Assembly (NCBI GenBank): GCA_963735805.1
Contig: CAVTMK010000004.1
Location: forward strand, 448,001 to 512,000
Length of the DNA: 64,000 bases
Reading direction: 5' to 3'
DNA from: an uncultured Verrucomicrobiae bacterium
Lineage (GTDB): Bacteria; Verrucomicrobiota; Verrucomicrobiia; Chthoniobacterales; UBA10450
The notes beneath the pieces were generated by a model. That model was not told the origin of the DNA, made no database searches, and saw only the letters and a list, made by a program, of their open reading frames with translations. The stretch's first letter is position 1, and each line of letters starts with the position of its first letter. Of the stretch, positions 58,910-64,000 are shown one piece after another. The position numbers and the translations under genes are program-made.

Positions 58910-59581
58910 TCACTCCTTCACTTCCGCCGGCGTGACTTCTTCTTCCTCAGCGTCGCCGCCTTCGTCATCCGTCAAACCGAACAGAGAGGTCACCGATTGA
59001 CGAACCCGCGAGGCCTTGTTTTGCTTTTCCAGCTGCGATTGGCATTCAACGGTAAAACGCGCGAACGGAATGGCTTCAAGCCGCGCCCGGGGAATAGGTT
59101 TGCCCGACATTTCACACTTTCCATACGTTCCCAACTCAATTCGCTTGAGCGCCTGATCGATTTCGTAAAGCGCATCCTGTTCCTGCGAGAGCAAGCTTAG
59201 CGCGAAATCGCGATCGTACGCGTCCGATCCAGCGTCAGCCTGATGCATTCCAAACGCGGAAGCTTCGCTGCCCTCGGCCCGCGACCGAAGAGTGTCTTGG
59301 GCAACGCCGGCCATCGAGTCAACCATGGCGTCCCGCAGCTGAAGGAGTTTTTGTTTCTGCTGTCGTGTAAACGGATCGAGCCTTCTTTCGCGATGGTTCA
59401 GACCGAGCAAGACTACCGGAGACTCAATCGTTGCCTTTTTGGACGGTCCACGTTTTCCGGTTTTCGTCGGCTTTGCGACCTTTTTCGAGACTGGCCGTTT
59501 GACGTGGTCCTTGCGTGCCGGTCGCGTCTTATGCGCAGCAGGCTTCTTCGTAGAACTCTTCCTTTTTGTTGGTTTTGCCAT
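58910..59581 (-). CDS. dksA: TraR/DksA family transcriptional regulator with Lys-rich N-terminal tail
   Basis: Coiled coil with HQADAGSD tip; EIDQALKRIELGTYGKCEMSGKPIPRARLEAIPFARFTVEC. Confidence 0.85.
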   Translation of the reverse strand: MAKPTKRKSSTKKPAAHKTRPARKDHVKRPVSKKVAKPTKTGKRGPSKKATIESPVVLLGLNHRERRLDPFTRQQKQKLLQLRDAMVDSMAGVAQDTLRSRAEGSEASAFGMHQADAGSDAYDRDFALSLLSQEQDALYEIDQALKRIELGTYGKCEMSGKPIPRARLEAIPFARFTVECQSQLEKQNKASRVRQSVTSLFGLTDDEGGDAEEEEVTPAEVKE

Positions 59582-59764
59582 AGCGTTGACGCCTTTGGGT
59601 AATCGATTGCACCCGAAAAATGGACGCTTAATTAAGAACATTTCCAAGGCAGCGCAAGCGGATTTGGTTAAAAATTTCGTCTGGCCAAAAACCGGGTTTC
59701 ACACCGAGGCCAAACCACTACTCAGAATAGGCCCTGCCTCGACGGCACTATTCCAGCGGGAGTC

Positions 59765-60562
59765 CTACGAGCTCGCGCTAGAATAACGGTTCAGAGCAAA
59801 TTTCCAGAAGCCGCGTGACAGGAGAAAAACAATACTCGAGGCAGCGACAAGATGGAGCATCAACCACCAGGGCTGCCCGAGCGATTTGATCAGCAGGCGG
59901 GCCGGGATATTTGCGATAATGACCACCGGAATAATCCAGCCGAAGATCAAGCGGAACAGCCATGGAAAGATCGCATCTGGATAACGCGCGATGTTCAGGA
60001 AATTAAAGTAGCCATAAACCAATCCCTGGGCGCGCACGATCCAGAAACTGACCGCTGCCAGCGCAAGCATGATTGAGTAATGCACAGCGACGCCAAACCC
60101 CAGGGCAACCAGGTAAAGCAAGATTGATGTCCAATCTGGAACAATGTTGAGATGCGAAAGCGCTATGCAAACTACCGCACCGCCTAATCCAGCGTTAATG
60201 ATGCTATCGAGGGCGAATTGTTTCGTCGAAACAGCGAACTGGCTATCGATCGGCAGAACCAGCAAAGAGTCTAATTTTCCCGTGCGCACGAGTTCTGGAA
60301 TGTTCGCGACGTTAACAAAAAAAAATGCCTGAAAAAGTTGGGCAATCATTTGATGCGTGCCGATGAGCAGCACGACCTCCCACTTTGTCCAGTCACCAAT
60401 ACGGTCAACATTACCGAAGATGATACTGAAGAAAACAATTTGCCCGCAGAACCAAAGGATCTCCACGACCATCCATAAGAGGAAATTTGCCTTGAAACTC
60501 AGCTCGCGGATGAGCGAGTTGCGCAGCATGATGGAGTAGATTTGGATGTAACGCCGCATCAT
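59765..60562 (-). CDS. ABC-2 family permease (DUF990 type)
   Basis: GDWTKWE; VRTGKLDSLLVLP; ARYP; C-terminal RYSSASS. Confidence 0.85.
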   Translation of the reverse strand: MMRRYIQIYSIMLRNSLIRELSFKANFLLWMVVEILWFCGQIVFFSIIFGNVDRIGDWTKWEVVLLIGTHQMIAQLFQAFFFVNVANIPELVRTGKLDSLLVLPIDSQFAVSTKQFALDSIINAGLGGAVVCIALSHLNIVPDWTSILLYLVALGFGVAVHYSIMLALAAVSFWIVRAQGLVYGYFNFLNIARYPDAIFPWLFRLIFGWIIPVVIIANIPARLLIKSLGQPWWLMLHLVAASSIVFLLSRGFWKFALNRYSSASS

Positions 60563-60603
60563 CTTTCCTGTCTTCTAACTTTAAGCGCAGTCAACCACCG
60601 CTG

Positions 60604-61800
60604 ATGAAACGTTTTGCCCCCTGGATTCTTATCGTTGTTGGAGTCTTAGTCATCGCAACGGTGGTGCGCCAGTGCCGCAACGGCGGCGCTGCAAGCTATC
60701 AGACCGCGACCATCACACGCGGTCCCATTACCCAGGCGGTCACCGCAACCGGCACACTCAATCCGGTAGTTAGTGTACAGGTAGGCAGCCAGGTTTCGGG
60801 AAATATCGCGAAATTGTTTGTGGATTTTAATTCCCAGGTGAAAGCGGGCCAGGTAGTCGCGCAAATTGATCCGGCGCTTTTTCAGGCAACTGTCACTCAG
60901 GCAGAGGGAGATTTGGCGAACGCCCAGGCCACGCTGGAGCTCGCGAGAGTGAACGCCAAACGGACGCAGGAATTGTTTGCGAAGAAGACTTCGTCGCAGG
61001 CAGACGTCGATCAAGCGATGGCGACGCTTCATCAATCGGAGGCAAACGTGAAGATCAAACAGGGCGCGCTGGACAAAGCCCGGGCCGATCTTGAGCATTG
61101 CACTATTACTTCTCCGATCGACGGAGTGGTGATTTCGCGGAGCGTCGATGTCGGCCAGACCGTCGCCGCCAGTTTACAAGCGCCGGTTATCTTTGCGATT
61201 GCGAACGATCTCGCCAAAATGCAAATCGACGCAAATGTGGCAGAAGCGGACGTAGGGGTGGTTAAGATCGATCAAAAGGTCGATTTCACCGTGGACGCTT
61301 TTCCCATGGAGACGTTTCATGGAAAAGTTGTCCAGGTACGGAACGCACCGATCACCGTTCAAAACGTAGTTACTTACGACACCGTTATCGGAGTGAGCAA
61401 TCCGGAGCTGAAATTGAAACCGGGAATGACGGCAAACGTCTCAATCATCATTGCGTATAAGGATGATGTACTTCAAATCAAAAACGCGGCGCTGCGCTAT
61501 CGTCCGCCCGACGCCAAGCCGGTTGAGATCAGGAAAACAGGCGGGAGTCGGACGGGGCGCCCCGGTAGTGCTCAGGGCGCTGCGCAACAGGGCGCTCAGC
61601 GAACGGTCTATATTTTGCCATTTGGCGCGAGTCATCCGCAGCCGAGGCAGATCAAGACCGGAATTAGCGATGGGATTATGACCGAAGTAGTCGAAGGCTT
61701 GAAAGAAGGCGACCGCGTGGTGACGGCCGAGCTCGGTTCAGCGGTTGGCGCTCCATCGCCTGCTGCCAATCCGTTCGGCGGCGGCCGACGGTTTCCGTGA
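60604..61800 (+). CDS. Efflux periplasmic adaptor (MacA-like membrane fusion protein)
   Basis: VTATGTLNP..VGSQVSG; ITSPIDGVV; GQTVAASLQAP; LKPGMTANV; EGLKEGDRV. Confidence 0.92.
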   Translation: MKRFAPWILIVVGVLVIATVVRQCRNGGAASYQTATITRGPITQAVTATGTLNPVVSVQVGSQVSGNIAKLFVDFNSQVKAGQVVAQIDPALFQATVTQAEGDLANAQATLELARVNAKRTQELFAKKTSSQADVDQAMATLHQSEANVKIKQGALDKARADLEHCTITSPIDGVVISRSVDVGQTVAASLQAPVIFAIANDLAKMQIDANVAEADVGVVKIDQKVDFTVDAFPMETFHGKVVQVRNAPITVQNVVTYDTVIGVSNPELKLKPGMTANVSIIIAYKDDVLQIKNAALRYRPPDAKPVEIRKTGGSRTGRPGSAQGAAQQGAQRTVYILPFGASHPQPRQIKTGISDGIMTEVVEGLKEGDRVVTAELGSAVGAPSPAANPFGGGRRFP

Positions 61801-61844
61801 GGATTGTGAACAGAAGAGAATTGCTCTTACTGCTTCCAAGCTGC

Positions 61845-61924
61845 TGTAATCGCTTCGCTTTGCGACGCGCGCAGCTGACCTGTTTGCAACACACGCAATG
61901 CGCATCTCACAAAGCGTGGCTACA
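61845..61924. repeat. GTAG-type REP doublet
   Basis: Left arm tgtaatcgcttcgctttgcgacgcgcgca; reverse complement of right arm tgtagccacgctttgtgagatgcgca. Confidence 0.65.
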
Positions 61925-61950
61925 ACAATTGTAAGGAACCACCGATCGAT

Positions 61951-62700
61951 ATGAACAACGGCGCACTCGTTAGGTTAGTCGATGTTCATAAGACCTATCG
62001 TACCGGCGAAATGGAAGTGCCCGCGGTGCGCGGCGTGTCGATTGAAATCAAGTGCGGCGAGTTTGTTGCGCTGATGGGTGCGAGTGGTTCCGGAAAATCT
62101 ACTCTCATGAACATCCTGGGGTGTCTCGATCGACCTACTACAGGTCATTACATTTTGGACGGCGCAGATGTTTCCGGACTGGATCGAGACCAACTCGCTG
62201 AGATACGGAATCGCAAGATCGGGTTCGTGTTTCAGAATTTTAACCTACTGCCGCGAACCTCTGCGCGTGAGAATGTCGAATTGCCCTTGGTTTACAGCGC
62301 GCAGCATCTGACAAACGCAGAGCTTCGCGAAAAGGCAGATGGCGTCCTTACATCCGTCGGCCTGGCCGGTCGTGGAGATCATCACCCCAGCCAGCTTTCA
62401 GGTGGCCAGCAACAACGTGTAGCGATCGCGCGGGCGTTGATAAACCAGCCGGAGGTCCTTCTTGCGGACGAGCCGACCGGCAATCTGGACAGTAGGACCA
62501 GCGTGGAGATCATGGCGATTTTTCAGCAACTTAACACGCGCGGGATTACCGTGATCATGGTGACGCACGAAGCTGACATCGCTGCCTACGCAAAGCGCAA
62601 CGTGATGATGCGCGACGGCCTGATTCTGGATGATCATCTGGTTTCGCAGCCCGCGGATGCGGCGTCGCAGCTCCAACATCAACAGACTCCAATGCTTTAA
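61951..62700 (+). CDS. ABC transporter ATP-binding protein (MacB/LolD-type NBD)
   Basis: [38 protein letters not shown]. Confidence 0.95.
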   Translation: MNNGALVRLVDVHKTYRTGEMEVPAVRGVSIEIKCGEFVALMGASGSGKSTLMNILGCLDRPTTGHYILDGADVSGLDRDQLAEIRNRKIGFVFQNFNLLPRTSARENVELPLVYSAQHLTNAELREKADGVLTSVGLAGRGDHHPSQLSGGQQQRVAIARALINQPEVLLADEPTGNLDSRTSVEIMAIFQQLNTRGITVIMVTHEADIAAYAKRNVMMRDGLILDDHLVSQPADAASQLQHQQTPML

Positions 62701-62723
62701 CGTTTCAATTTTCAACCAACAAC

Positions 62724-63941
62724 ATGAGAGTCGCGCCCACCTTTAACGTCGCGCTACGGGCTTTGCGACGAAACAAACTGCGTTCGGTGCTCACTGCGCT
62801 CGGAATCATTATCGGTGTTGGCGCGGTCATTGCGATGGTCGGGATCGGCAACGGCGCGAAGGCTCAGGTAGAAGCGCAGATCGCCAGCCTTGGGCAAAAT
62901 GTGATTCTCATCTTTTCTGGTAGCACTACTTCCAGCGGCATTCGCACGGGGTGGGGCGGTGCCGGCACATTGAAAATCGAAGACGCCGAGGCAATCCGGC
63001 GCGAAGTGCCAGGCGTCATCGGAGTCAGTGAGGAAGTTGTTTCCACCACGCAAGTAGCAGCGGGAAATCAAAACTGGTTTACCCGCATTTACGGCGAGTC
63101 CGCCGATTACTTTGATATTCGGCAATGGCCGTTGGCAGACGGGGCGCCGTTTACATCGCAAGACGTTCGCAGCGCAAACAAGGTTTGCGTGATCGGACGC
63201 ACTACGGCGACACAGATTTACGGAAACGAAAATCCGATTGGACAGATTTTACGAATTAAGGAGGTCCCATTCACGATCACCGGTGTGTTGACACCCAAGG
63301 GATTGAGCACGCAGGGCGTAGATCAGGACGACATCGTAATCATGCCATACACCAGCGCGATGAAGCGCGTGATTGGCGGCGCCAATCTGCGTAATATCAA
63401 TGTGCAGATCGCCGATCCGCAGCAACTCGAGGCGGCCCAGCAACAGATTATCGCCCTGCTACGGCAACGGCATAACATTCGCCCCGGGCGAGATGATGAT
63501 TTTACTGTGCGCAACCAACAGGAGATCGCTCAGGCTGCTACCGCCACCTCGCGTGTGATGACGCTTTTGCTTGGTGCAATCGCCGGCGTGTCCCTTTTGG
63601 TCGGCGGCATCGGAATCATGAATATCATGCTGGTGAGCGTCACCGAGCGGACGCGTGAGATCGGCGTGCGGATGGCCGTAGGCGCGCGGGGCAACGACAT
63701 TCTTACCCAATTCCTAATTGAAGCCGTCACGTTGAGCTCAGTCGGCGGCCTGATCGGGATCATCTGTGGCATTGGCGCATCGAAAGTTCTTTCGGCATAC
63801 GCGAGTTGGCCGACACTGATATCAATCAGTTCGGTCGCGATTGCATTTTTGTTCAGCGCGGCGGTTGGAATTTTCTTCGGCTTTTATCCGGCGCGCAAAG
63901 CCGCTGCCCTCGATCCCATCGAAGCACTGCGCTACGAATAA
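62724..63941 (+). CDS. ABC transporter permease (MacB/FtsX type)
   Basis: RSVLTALGIIIGV; GGIGIMNIMLVSVTERTREIG; PARKAAALDPIEALRYE. Confidence 0.95.
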   Translation: MRVAPTFNVALRALRRNKLRSVLTALGIIIGVGAVIAMVGIGNGAKAQVEAQIASLGQNVILIFSGSTTSSGIRTGWGGAGTLKIEDAEAIRREVPGVIGVSEEVVSTTQVAAGNQNWFTRIYGESADYFDIRQWPLADGAPFTSQDVRSANKVCVIGRTTATQIYGNENPIGQILRIKEVPFTITGVLTPKGLSTQGVDQDDIVIMPYTSAMKRVIGGANLRNINVQIADPQQLEAAQQQIIALLRQRHNIRPGRDDDFTVRNQQEIAQAATATSRVMTLLLGAIAGVSLLVGGIGIMNIMLVSVTERTREIGVRMAVGARGNDILTQFLIEAVTLSSVGGLIGIICGIGASKVLSAYASWPTLISISSVAIAFLFSAAVGIFFGFYPARKAAALDPIEALRYE

Positions 63942-64000
63942 CCGTGGCGGCGAACTGTGACCGCCGACATATTGCTCCATGGCCGAGCACGCTGGTTTTG

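Noticed and set aside
58251..59200. Plus-strand ORFs of 194 and 152 aa
   Set aside because: They run through repeat elements and antisense to rpsR, rpmG and dksA.
1..64000. CRISPR arrays, tRNA/rRNA genes, IS transposases and a consensus parS site
   Set aside because: None seen by eye; intergenic gaps are short and no regularly spaced direct repeats were found. tRNAscan-SE, Infernal and a CRISPR finder were not run.

Overview
A 64 kb gene-dense chromosomal window (~55% GC by eye). Gene content and sequence idioms point to a soil Verrucomicrobium of the Chthoniobacterales / 'Candidatus Udaeobacter' type (inference, not a database result). Most genes are housekeeping: rsmB, ugd, lptD, rsmI, gcvP, threonine dehydratase, ppdK, ygfZ-like, parB, mqnD, sppA, thiL, tsaE, tsaB, alr, rpsR, rpmG, dksA-like, and a MacAB-like ABC exporter. 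I saw no rRNA, tRNA, CRISPR array, transposase or integrase. Most unusual elements: (1) a stand-alone complex I membrane-arm operon nuoH-J-K-L-M-[ORF6N]-M-N with two NuoM, a 26-aa duplicated stretch in the NuoL lateral helix and no nuoA-G/nuoI; (2) three paralogous RoxA/MauG-motif di-heme cytochromes c plus a small barrel-like protein; (3) a candidate envelope lipid/hopanoid trafficking locus (two paralogous OM barrels, an exported START-like protein, an ABC-2 transporter, an exported SCP2 protein, an HpnL-like protein, an MFS); (4) a 40-aa phage/eCIS baseplate-like segment inside GcvP; (5) a FimV-like TPR membrane protein ending in an unrecognised five-fold beta-hairpin repeat; (6) many REP-like palindromes and heptamer repeats, some translated inside core genes.
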